51,205 nt of DNA from the IMG/VR virus record IMGVR_UViG_3300010403_000009, positions 1 through 51,205 of that record; one strand, given 5' to 3'. Position numbers and translations under genes: made by a program. Every line of letters begins with the position of its first letter. Position 1 is the stretch's first letter. Source of the stretch: a virus. Its lineage: Duplodnaviria; Caudoviricetes. The notes beneath the pieces are model-generated. The model was not told the origin of the DNA. It saw only the letters and a program-made list of their open reading frames with translations, and did not search any database. Of the stretch, positions 35,866 to 43,694 are shown one piece after another.

Positions 35866-37926
35866 CTATACTTCCAGGAAGCGGCGGAGGGTTATTGACC
35901 GGCGGTGGGTTTCCACCGCCGGCGGGGGGACGAAAGGGGGGGGCGGCTCGGCCTCCAGGCCGAGCGAGAGCGAAAGACTGATCGCACTTCCAACCGTCAC
36001 AATCGAACCTGCCACGGGTGTCTGCGCAAACACGAGCCCGAGTGTCAAGGCATTCGCAAGACTGCTCGTTGCGCCCAGCGCAAAACCTGCCGCGAGCAGC
36101 TCTGCAGTCGCCTCCTCCAACGTTTCGCCCACGACATCCGGCACCGTTGCGGTAGGCGTAGGGTCGATCTGGACAAAAACATCGAAGCTGAAAAGATTGC
36201 TGCTCGCTGAGCCGAATGAATTCGTGCCGATGATTGCGAGTGAGCCATAGACTGCGCTGGCCGTCGGCGTTCCGGTCACGACCCCGGTGGATGGATCGAT
36301 GCCAATGCCCGGTGGTGCGCCGTTCAGTGTGTATGTGGTGACAAACTGGAACAGCGGCGAGGCATCATAGGGCACCATCGCGACATTGATCTCATTCGAG
36401 AAGTCGCTGATCAGCCCTGCAAAGGTCGGGGCGTTCGGCGGATCTTCAACGATGATGATGAACGGATCAGACTCGTCATACGAGTTCTCGGAGTCGGTTC
36501 TCCGGATCGTATACGGGCCGTAGGTGCCAGAGGTATCCGGCGTGCCTGTCATCGCGCCCGTCCCACTATCGAGCGCAAGGCCTGACGGGATCGTCGGGCT
36601 GATCGTGTAGGTGCCGCTACCCGAATCCTGATCGACGAACAGCGCCCCGTAACTCTGGGTCGCAATCGCCACGTTCCGCACAAACGTCACATCGGCAATG
36701 TTGGGGCCGATGAAATCCGGGAACAGACCGCGAAGGTCCCATGTGTACCACGAGGACCAAACGCTGCCGTTGTGCCAGCGCCATTGCATCGTGGTGGCGG
36801 TGTCATCCCAGCTCAATCGTCCATCAGCATCAACCGTAATCGTTCCAGATCCAGCCGTACGCTTGTATTCAATCTGGACCGCGCCGGTGATATCCGGGGA
36901 ACTGTAGAGTCGTGTTGGCCTGTTGCGCGAGTCGAAGGTGAGTGCACGAAGGCCCCCAATATCGACGTAGGAGGTTCCAGAGGGTGGCGTGAAGGTCACC
37001 GTCTTGATGGCCGCGGCCCCTGTTCCGGTCGTCACCTGAACCGTCTTGCTGCCGTTACGGATGTTTCCCTGAGTGATGTCGACCTGTATCGAGGTCGCCG
37101 CCCACGAGTCGACCGACAGACTCTGCGTCAGCAGGCCATCGATGAGCAGGACGCCACCGGTTCCCTGTGCAGCACCAAAGGTCGTGCCGGTGATGACGAC
37201 ATTCGCCTGAGTGGAGGTGATGACGTTGTCGCCATCGACATCCGTGATTGCCGGGGCGGTTGACGTCGAGCTCTTGAGCGCAATCAGCACGCCCTGACAG
37301 TTGCCCGAATTATCCGCAATGCTGATCGTTTGTGAGCTGATCGCAATCGCTGTGTGGGCGGTCTGCTGCTGATAGCCGGCCCAGACAGCAAGCGTGGTCC
37401 CCGCTCCAACGAGCGAACCCAACGCCGTGAATCCGGACAATGCGGCAATCGTTGCGCCATTCGACAGCGCGGTCTTGCGATGCATGCCGAAGGCCAAGAC
37501 CCACGCGTTGTCCAGTGAAGGCGTGAGCGAGGGATACGGAATCTGATTCGTGTTGCTGGAAGCTCGAGACCGCGCCTCCCCGCTGACCACGAGCGTTGCA
37601 TCCGTCGTATAGACATCACCCTGAAGCAGGATGACGACGGCGTAACAGTCGACACCCCACACTATGGTGGGCGGAACGGTATCGCCGGCAGCCACGATCT
37701 TGGTGTAGACCGCGATATTGGGTGCGGAGACGTTGTCGTCGATCTCGGTCCAGCCCGCAGGCACCGAAGGTCGGCTCGAGCCGCCATAGCTCGTCGTTGC
37801 ATATACGGCGCGGGTCGTCGTCGACGCCATCGAACTCGAGACCCAGCCGGCAGGCCATGACGGGGAGATCGTTCCACCCGAGGCGTGAGCCACCGTACCG
37901 ACGCCGTAGATCGTGTAGGCGCCCAT
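35866..37926 (-). CDS. Multidomain virion protein: IPT/TIG + two Ig (He_PIG-like) + PASTA
   Basis: P.IT...V.ITGT.FG..QG..W..T.I; two P.G...D..TG..TGTP repeats; VPDVVG.TLEEA...L..AGF...Q.P.AG..V..G..I.L..S.G. Confidence 0.82.
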   Translation of the reverse strand: MGAYTIYGVGTVAHASGGTISPSWPAGWVSSSMASTTTRAVYATTSYGGSSRPSVPAGWTEIDDNVSAPNIAVYTKIVAAGDTVPPTIVWGVDCYAVVILLQGDVYTTDATLVVSGEARSRASSNTNQIPYPSLTPSLDNAWVLAFGMHRKTALSNGATIAALSGFTALGSLVGAGTTLAVWAGYQQQTAHTAIAISSQTISIADNSGNCQGVLIALKSSTSTAPAITDVDGDNVITSTQANVVITGTTFGAAQGTGGVLLIDGLLTQSLSVDSWAATSIQVDITQGNIRNGSKTVQVTTGTGAAAIKTVTFTPPSGTSYVDIGGLRALTFDSRNRPTRLYSSPDITGAVQIEYKRTAGSGTITVDADGRLSWDDTATTMQWRWHNGSVWSSWYTWDLRGLFPDFIGPNIADVTFVRNVAIATQSYGALFVDQDSGSGTYTISPTIPSGLALDSGTGAMTGTPDTSGTYGPYTIRRTDSENSYDESDPFIIIVEDPPNAPTFAGLISDFSNEINVAMVPYDASPLFQFVTTYTLNGAPPGIGIDPSTGVVTGTPTASAVYGSLAIIGTNSFGSASSNLFSFDVFVQIDPTPTATVPDVVGETLEEATAELLAAGFALGATSSLANALTLGLVFAQTPVAGSIVTVGSAISLSLSLGLEAEPPPPFVPPPAVETHRRSITLRRFLEV

Positions 37927-39101
37927 CAGGCTGTAGTCCAGCTGCCTTCAGACGGGGTGCCGGTGTTCGTCGCTCCTGCCACCGCATGAATCGCCGCACG
38001 TTGCGCGGTCCACCGATGGGGATCGGATGAATTCGCGCCCGAGGGCAGATAGTCGTTGTACAGGTGCACGATGTGCCAGGCATGCATCGTCGTTCGTTCG
38101 TAGGCGATGTAGCCCGCCGGCAGCATCGTTCCGCAGCTGCCCTGAATCTCGGAACACCACGGCATGCGGTTACGAAGATCGGTGTACTTCACCTGCGTGG
38201 TGACGGCATCGACCTTGTTCAGACCGCGGAAGACGAGCGCCGTCGTGATCGTCTTTACGTTCGTCGGATAGTTCGAGGGCAAAGGTGTCGGCACCGCAGA
38301 GCCATCGTTCATGATCTCCGGATCTGGCCCCCCGACTGCCACCGCTCCGGTCGTACGCGCATGGTTCAGCAGGTCCGACATGTTGTCGTAGGTGCCAAGA
38401 AAGTTCGCCATGAAGCGCTGCATCGTCGTCGGCCATGCCGTGCGTGTGGCGGTCAGCAAGCGCTTGTACTGCGTGATCAGGCCCGAGACCGAAAGACCTG
38501 CCGAACCGGTCGTGGTCTCGCCCATTGGCGACCACATCTCGAACAGCGGATGGCTGTCGAACTTCGCCCCATATGCCTGTGAGAGCGCAATGAAGCGATC
38601 CATCACCGGCGCCGTGTCGAGCAGCGGGATCGAGGTCAGCGAGCCGGACCACGCAGATCCTGCTGGCGCCACCTTGATGTAGCCGTTACTGACCCAGTAC
38701 GAGGGATAGACATTCCCCGGAACGTTCCCGGTCGCTGTACCGAACGTCCGGTCGTAGTTGCAGAGGATCAGCCGCTTTGGAAATGTGAGCGAGGCGCACT
38801 TGTCGAGAATCGTCTGAACGATCTTGAAGCCGCCAGTGAAATCCCCCTGCGCTCCTTCCAGGTACCAGGGATACAGCATGATCTGTACGCCCTTGACCTC
38901 ATCATCCCCGCCGATCGAGTCGAGGATGGCAAAGGCTTTGGCCTGAAACGTCGCATCCCAGCGAGCGACCGACAGCGAGGGGTGGACGTAGTGCCCGGCG
39001 TGGAACTTGACCGCTGTGCTGACCCCGCCTGCGGGACAGGTTTCGCGTTGACCGGATACAGACAAGGCCTGAATGGCGTTCTGGCCGGTTCTGTCGGTCA
39101 T
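37926..39101 (-). CDS. Putative glycoside hydrolase (clan GH-A-like TIM barrel)
   Basis: GVQI...W.LE...G.F; AYGAKFD.HP.FE; candidate catalytic Glu in GETT and SEIQ; GGPDP. Confidence 0.7.
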   Translation of the reverse strand: MTDRTGQNAIQALSVSGQRETCPAGGVSTAVKFHAGHYVHPSLSVARWDATFQAKAFAILDSIGGDDEVKGVQIMLYPWYLEGAQGDFTGGFKIVQTILDKCASLTFPKRLILCNYDRTFGTATGNVPGNVYPSYWVSNGYIKVAPAGSAWSGSLTSIPLLDTAPVMDRFIALSQAYGAKFDSHPLFEMWSPMGETTTGSAGLSVSGLITQYKRLLTATRTAWPTTMQRFMANFLGTYDNMSDLLNHARTTGAVAVGGPDPEIMNDGSAVPTPLPSNYPTNVKTITTALVFRGLNKVDAVTTQVKYTDLRNRMPWCSEIQGSCGTMLPAGYIAYERTTMHAWHIVHLYNDYLPSGANSSDPHRWTAQRAAIHAVAGATNTGTPSEGSWTTA

Positions 39102-39112
39102 GAAGCTCCAAT

Positions 39113-39137
39113 AAAAAAGCCCGCACGAGGCGGGCTT
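39113..39137 (-). terminator. Late-operon terminator (tR'-like)
   Basis: AAGCCCGC-CTCGT-GCGGGCTTTTTT between Q and the first late gene. Confidence 0.85.
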
Positions 39138-39250
39138 GAGGATGATCGCGGGTGTCTAGCGATCGATGAGATCAATCCGCAGACCGAAACCTGCGGAGGA
39201 ATTTCGGGCGCAACTTGTCCGGCGCAGTTAACTACCAACTGAAAATAGCT

Positions 39251-39730
39251 TCAAACTTTCCGCTCAGCTTTCACGAGTTCCGAATACCAGACATCGATCA
39301 GCAGACGCGAGCGATGCAGGTGGGCTTTCATGCTGGCAACTGACATATGCTCATCCTTCGCCATGACCTCCATCGGCGCCCAGTTCGTGTAGTAGCGTTT
39401 GATGCAGCGCTGGCCTTTCTTCCAGAGCTTCAGCCAGCAGGCCTCGATATGCTCGGACTGCAATGACAGGCTGACCGGCGGGCGCCCTGCCTGGATCGCA
39501 CCCGAAGGCCCCTGCTCGATCACACGACCCAGCAACGTATTGGGCGGCAGCGAGCCCGCATCCCGCTCCCTGACCTCCTTTCCCCATTGCTCAAGCAGTG
39601 AGTGGATGAACTTCGTGGCCGGGTCCATGCGGTTCATGGCGCGCGGATCACGTTCGACCACAGTATTGCCGCTTGGGAAGCGCGGGACAGGAATGGACAG
39701 GATGTCACCAGCGACAGGCAGTGCGTTCAA
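39251..39730 (-). CDS. Q: Late antiterminator Q-like protein
   Basis: LLEQWG motif and C-terminal HTH-like segment; last early gene before a strong terminator; start uncertain. Confidence 0.65.
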   Translation of the reverse strand: MNALPVAGDILSIPVPRFPSGNTVVERDPRAMNRMDPATKFIHSLLEQWGKEVRERDAGSLPPNTLLGRVIEQGPSGAIQAGRPPVSLSLQSEHIEACWLKLWKKGQRCIKRYYTNWAPMEVMAKDEHMSVASMKAHLHRSRLLIDVWYSELVKAERKV

Positions 39731-39794
39731 GATGGACTCCCCGGATGTGCTTCATTAATTGGTTGAGGCGTAAAGCAAATAGTGATGAAACTGG

Positions 39795-40127
39795 TCACGG
39801 CAAAGTGACCTTGAAATACTGCATATCGCTGAATGTACCCGGCGGACTGAAACCTGCGATCGGTACGATGGCTCCAATCGCGCGCAGCGCTTCATCAGGC
39901 GTCTTGCAGAGCTTCACGCCCCAGATCCTGAAGTTCTCGAGCTGAGCGGGATCACGCTTGCGGTTCTTCGTCACACCATCGCAATCGATCAGGAAGTACT
40001 TTTCTCCGAAACGAACGAGCAGATCGCAGGGGCGGCCGATGGGCCAGACATCCGCCCCTCGTGCCCGGAGAGCTTTGACGATGGCATCTGATGTACCGTC
40101 CTTGCGGTGGGTGCGGTGGCGGCTCAC
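39795..40127 (-). CDS. VRR-NUC/PD-(D/E)xK-like nuclease, possibly degenerate
   Basis: R.D.....IV.ALR..GA.V....P.DLLV...; Q..F..W; the usual E.K is replaced by DCD. Confidence 0.6.
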   Translation of the reverse strand: MSRHRTHRKDGTSDAIVKALRARGADVWPIGRPCDLLVRFGEKYFLIDCDGVTKNRKRDPAQLENFRIWGVKLCKTPDEALRAIGAIVPIAGFSPPGTFSDMQYFKVTLP

Positions 40128-40465
40128 CGGTTCGCCTCAATCAGCATCTCAGCCTCCGCTCTCGTCGCCACGCACCCTAGGTTCGTCGGCGGGTCGCCTC
40201 GCTTCCACGCGGTGTAACTCACCGAGTTCTCCGAGGCGTCTTTGGAGATCGAGTAAGCCCCACACGCTGTTAGAACGTACCCACTTCGTTTCCCAGTCTT
40301 CACGGGCTCCAGCCACTGAAGAGGCGGGAGTTCTGCCTTCGGCGTCGCCACTGCTACGGACGGTTTTGAGTGTCTGGCTAACTTTTCCCACATCGTCTCC
40401 TGACTGACGTATTTCTCAGCCTTTCGCATCGGGCTGTATGGCGCCTGAGTCATCTTATGGCACAA
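40124..40465 (-). CDS. Hypothetical protein
   Basis: Overlaps the next start; exact start uncertain. Confidence 0.6.
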   Translation of the reverse strand: MCHKMTQAPYSPMRKAEKYVSQETMWEKLARHSKPSVAVATPKAELPPLQWLEPVKTGKRSGYVLTACGAYSISKDASENSVSYTAWKRGDPPTNLGCVATRAEAEMLIEANR

Positions 40466-40501
40466 TGCTTGCGATGTTAACGAACGCCATGTACCACCTG
40501 T

Positions 40502-40729
40502 TCACACTGCTGGCTCTGAATCCGGCGCTCGTGGAGCGATACCGCGGCCATCTGCCGTGCTCGTTTCTGGCAGCGCTGGGACTGGAAGACGATCAGTGCC
40601 GCGAATCCGAACCTCATGGATTTCCTCGGCTGGCGAACTAGCTCGCAACCAATACGGCGGATCGCAGCGGCACCCGAGTTGATGCTGGCAACCTGGCTGG
40701 ACTCGTTGAGGCTTGCGGTAAGCGTTCAT
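40502..40729 (-). CDS. Hypothetical protein
   Basis: ATGA overlap with the upstream ORF. Confidence 0.5.
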   Translation of the reverse strand: MNAYRKPQRVQPGCQHQLGCRCDPPYWLRASSPAEEIHEVRIRGTDRLPVPALPETSTADGRGIAPRAPDSEPAV

Positions 40730-41007
40730 CGGCTAACCCCTCGCATCCGTCCCAGCACCTCGGTACGTCCGCCTCCCATCGCACCCTCGGGCATGACTGG
40801 CGCGTTCGGATGCGTCAGTACGCGGTCGATCGGGACCGGCCCTCGGAGCCGCGTGATATCCGCGTCGAGTTCGTGGTGGACCTTCGAGTAGGCGCTCGCG
40901 AACTGCCCCCAGAAGTAGACCGAGGCAGCCGCATCAGCTCTCACGCTGGCCAGTTCGTCCTCAAGACGTTTGATCTCGGCGTGCAGAATCTCAGTTGGCG
41001 TGTCCAC
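40726..41007 (-). CDS. Hypothetical coiled-coil protein (93 aa)
   Basis: GGAG-N6-GTG at 41007; the longer ORF-track start at 41310 lacks an RBS. Confidence 0.55.
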   Translation of the reverse strand: MDTPTEILHAEIKRLEDELASVRADAAASVYFWGQFASAYSKVHHELDADITRLRGPVPIDRVLTHPNAPVMPEGAMGGGRTEVLGRMRGVSR

Positions 41008-41324
41008 AGATATCTCCGGGCATAACTCGGCCCCTTTCCCCCATGGATAGCCATTGAGGTACTCAGCTCCCCTGTGCTTTACGCACTCCCTCCACGAGGG
41101 ATTCCACATACGACCGGGGTGCAATTGGGACAGCAGAGCCCGGAATTCAGCCTGACCGCCTGAGGTTTCGACTGACTGCGTGTCGTGACACAGTGGCACC
41201 GCTACCTTTCCGGGGAACGACCCCTTGAAGTCCGAGCGAACTTGTTTCACAATTGAAACGTACTGCGACGTTCCCTGCGATCCCAAGACGGCCCGATGGA
41301 CTTCCACCACGGGCCGTTTTCATT
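41008..41324 (-). other. Structured, probably non-coding segment at the usual replication-gene position (candidate origin)
   Basis: Hairpins at 41288-41317, 41087-41101 and 41074-41086; G5A3G4 tract on the minus strand at 41031-41042. Confidence 0.45.
41225..41322 (+). ncRNA. Putative short antisense RNA unit (OOP/RNA I-like): promoter plus about 60 nt RNA
   Basis: TTGAAG(41225)-17 bp-CACAAT(41248), then hairpin ACGGCCCG/CGGGCCGT followed by TTTCATTT. Confidence 0.5.
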
Positions 41325-41600
41325 TCAGAGCTGCGCGAAATCAATACTCGTCTGTGACGTCACGGCGCTCGATACGCCGTAAACCAGCAGGTAGCGCGCA
41401 ACCCTCTTCCCGTCTCCGACATCCACCATTCGCGATCGGATGTCGTGCCCCGCCTTCTTCAGATCCCAGATACGAGCTCCCAGCCGGAAGCAGCCGAACA
41501 TGTCGAGCGCTTCAAGAGGCGTGAGGGTTCGTCCTGACCTGAGGTAAGCCAGGATCTGATTGCACTGAGTCGCGGCATTCGATGACGCGTCAGTGCTCAT
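41325..41600 (-). CDS. Winged HTH protein (HTH_39-like)
   Basis: Q...IL.YL..G..LT.LEA...FGC.RL.ARI.DLK..G..I; ATGA-coupled start 41600. Confidence 0.8.
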   Translation of the reverse strand: MSTDASSNAATQCNQILAYLRSGRTLTPLEALDMFGCFRLGARIWDLKKAGHDIRSRMVDVGDGKRVARYLLVYGVSSAVTSQTSIDFAQL

Positions 41601-41719
41601 CGAGAGAGCGATCCGGACGCCCATGAGGTTGGTGCGTCGCTGTGATACAGCAGCTCGGACGGATCGAAATTCGCCGGTCCACGTTTGTATGCGCGGGTCT
41701 GGTACGGAATCTTGCGCAC
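41597..41719 (-). CDS. Small hypothetical protein (40 aa)
   Basis: Overlapping stop/start on both sides. Confidence 0.4.
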   Translation of the reverse strand: MRKIPYQTRAYKRGPANFDPSELLYHSDAPTSWASGSLSR

Positions 41720-41880
41720 TAATTCGCCCTCGCCTTCGGAAACAGCGAACGCGAGAATGTGTCGCGTCTCGACCCGTTCAGTACCTTCGCTTCGAGCAGA
41801 CGATTTAACGGAAGACGGGACTTCGCCGTCTTATGACGGGTCTCGTGCAGCATTTCGGTTTTCTCTGGCACAGTGCGCAT
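41719..41880 (-). CDS. Small basic hypothetical protein (53 aa, cII position)
   Basis: Directly after cro; coupled to the next ORF. Confidence 0.35.
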   Translation of the reverse strand: MRTVPEKTEMLHETRHKTAKSRLPLNRLLEAKVLNGSRRDTFSRSLFPKARAN

Positions 41881-41892
41881 AAGAAAAACGAA

Positions 41893-42114
41893 TTAGGCGG
41901 AGAGCGCTGAATCGCGCTTCGCAAATCCGCGCTTCTTGATCGGTAGCTTGGAAGCCTTGAACTTCCCTTTGCTCAGAACCTCGATCTGGAACGCCCGGTT
42001 TTCAGGGATCAGTCCGTCATCCCACTGCGAGATTGCCTGGGTGGTGCACTCGAGTGCCGCCGCCAGACCGGAGATGCCACCGAAGTGTTTAATGACGTCG
42101 CTGAGCTGATGCAT
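41893..42114 (-). CDS. cro: Cro-like repressor
   Basis: VIKHFGG...LA.AL..T.QAISQW....IP..RA.QIE.LS.GK.K; divergent from cI. Confidence 0.88.
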   Translation of the reverse strand: MHQLSDVIKHFGGISGLAAALECTTQAISQWDDGLIPENRAFQIEVLSKGKFKASKLPIKKRGFAKRDSALSA

Positions 42115-42121
42115 GCCCCCG

Positions 42122-42192
42122 AGCGTAAATCTACTTACTATTTTCGTCAAGTCGCCTTACTCACACCCGCCCGCAAGCGTAAGTACACTTAC
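42122..42192. promoter_or_regulatory. pR-like promoter and three operators
   Basis: Minus-strand TTGACG-17-TACGCT; GTAAG-N4-CTTAC-type palindromes at 42125-42138, 42147-42160 and 42179-42192 (the last is perfect). Confidence 0.8.
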
Positions 42193-42196
42193 AAAT

Positions 42197-42643
42197 GTGA
42201 CAGTAAAGAAAAAACGTGAGCGCGATCCCCGTGCGATCATTCGCGGGATCAAGATCAGGGAAGCCCGCATGGAGCGCGACCTATCGCAGGAAGCTGTTGC
42301 CAAGGCGTTGGCCCTAAAAAGTCGCGAGGCTGTCTCGCAATGGGAACGTGGCGACGTAGGCGAGCTCGAGCGAACCAACCGGCTCGGGCTATGCAAACTG
42401 CTTGGTTTTGAGGAACGCGAGCTACTATTGGACCCGGACAGCGCTCCCCCGGAGTTCGAAATGCCACTCAGTCGTGAGGCGAAGAGCGTTGCTTACAGGT
42501 GGGACGACCTGCCCGAGACTCTGCGCGGATGGCTCAAGCAACGGATGTCAGAAGCCGAAACAATGCAGCGCAAGTCACCAGGGCTCGCGAAGCATGTTTT
42601 CCCTGAATTAGACGACCCGCCGAAGCCAAAGAAAAAGCCCTAG
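42197..42643 (+). CDS. cI: CI-like XRE repressor lacking an S24 peptidase domain
   Basis: IREAR....LSQE.VA......EAVSQWERG HTH; short helical C-terminus; likely GTG start at 42197. Confidence 0.82.
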   Translation: MTVKKKRERDPRAIIRGIKIREARMERDLSQEAVAKALALKSREAVSQWERGDVGELERTNRLGLCKLLGFEERELLLDPDSAPPEFEMPLSREAKSVAYRWDDLPETLRGWLKQRMSEAETMQRKSPGLAKHVFPELDDPPKPKKKP

Positions 42644-42689
42644 TGCACCGCGTCATAGGGAACGGTTTCACCTTTTTGCGCCATCGAAC

Positions 42690-42728
42690 GTAAGCGCACT
42701 TGACATCCGGCGTAAGCCGATTTACGCT
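42690..42728 (+). promoter_or_regulatory. pL-like promoter and two operators
   Basis: TTGACA(42700)-17-TACGCT(42723); operators GTAAGCGCACTTGA (42690) and GTAAGCCGATTTAC (42712). Confidence 0.82.
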
Positions 42729-42768
42729 TCATCTCACTCGCTGGATCACCCAGCGCAGGAGACGCGAA

Positions 42769-42873
42769 GTGCCCTCACTCAAACAGGACCTGCTCTGGAT
42801 CGCCCTCGGCGCCGTTGAGATCAGCGTGGGTTTCGCTATCGTCGCGCTGGCCGTGCAGGCGGTGCTCTCGTGA
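42769..42873 (+). CDS. Small TM peptide (34 aa), first pL gene
   Basis: AGGAG RBS; hydrophobic; GTGA coupling to the next ORF. Confidence 0.55.
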   Translation: MPSLKQDLLWIALGAVEISVGFAIVALAVQAVLS

Positions 42874-42989
42874 GCTACTGGTTCACCACAGACCCCGTTC
42901 CCGCCCTCGTGCGTTCGGTCAGCCCCGTATTCGAGTGCGACGACCGGGAGATTCTGGCGCGCTCGATTGAAATCGAGGTGGCGTCGTGA
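42870..42989 (+). CDS. Small hypothetical protein (39 aa)
   Basis: GTGA overlaps at both ends. Confidence 0.5.
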   Translation: MSYWFTTDPVPALVRSVSPVFECDDREILARSIEIEVAS

Positions 42990-43171
42990 GTATCCGCTCA
43001 CAAGAAAGGACCGCCTCTGAATCGCTCGCGATTGAACGCAAGGCACGCCGTCTCGCGCTGGAGATCGCGAAGCTCGAATCGAGCCCATTGATGCGCGACT
43101 ACGTGCCGACCCATATCCAACAACTCGCGAAGGACTTGCTAGCCGTTGTCGGCCCGCACGAAGAGCCATGA
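42986..43171 (+). CDS. Hypothetical protein
   Basis: GAGG RBS; coupled. Confidence 0.6.
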   Translation: MSIRSQERTASESLAIERKARRLALEIAKLESSPLMRDYVPTHIQQLAKDLLAVVGPHEEP

Positions 43172-43392
43172 GCATTCAGAGAGTAGAAGGGATCGAACCC
43201 ACCGGACTGCCCGATGCAGAGACCGACTATCTGGATGCGCTCCAGCTCATCCAGTCGGCCGTCGAAGCAATGGCACGACTACGCACGAAGCTCACCGGCT
43301 CCGGCGCTGAAGCGGCCCGCTCGATCTCCATCGCCATCACGCAGGTTGAAGGCGGCGAGCTCTGGCTGAAAAAGGGATGGGCGCAGAAGTGA
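43168..43392 (+). CDS. Small helical-hairpin protein, possible Acb2/Tad1-like
   Basis: C-terminal R.ISIAIT..E....W motif. Confidence 0.6.
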   Translation: MSIQRVEGIEPTGLPDAETDYLDALQLIQSAVEAMARLRTKLTGSGAEAARSISIAITQVEGGELWLKKGWAQK

Positions 43393-43694
43393 CTACTTCC
43401 CACACCGTCAGTGCCTCTTGCGCAGAGAACTGTGCTTCTCACCGGACCAATCCATACGGAGCGGTGTACGCATGCGATTGCCCGGCCGGCGTGGGCAAGC
43501 CGCGCTTCAAAGTGACCGCGATCATCAAGTACCACATTGAGGTGGGAACCTTCGCCGCAGGTTCGTCCGATGAAGCGCAGCGATTGGCCGAAGACACTGA
43601 CCGCTGGCACGCGATTTCAAACAACTCTCGCGGCGGTATCTATGACACGCAGGTAGAGGCGGAGTCGGATGATCTCCAAGGTAAACAACTATGA
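43389..43694 (+). CDS. Hypothetical protein
   Basis: Coupled ORF. Confidence 0.55.
   Translation: MTTSHTVSASCAENCASHRTNPYGAVYACDCPAGVGKPRFKVTAIIKYHIEVGTFAAGSSDEAQRLAEDTDRWHAISNNSRGGIYDTQVEAESDDLQGKQL

Noticed and set aside
28481-39101. Diversity-generating retroelement or invertible tail cassette
   Set aside because: I saw no reverse transcriptase, template/variable repeat pair, or flanking inverted repeats.
41243-41260. Third parS site or DnaA box (TGTTTCACAATTGAAACG)
   Set aside because: The half-site spacing is 2 bp too long for parS, the DnaA match is imperfect and single, and it overlaps the proposed antisense -10.
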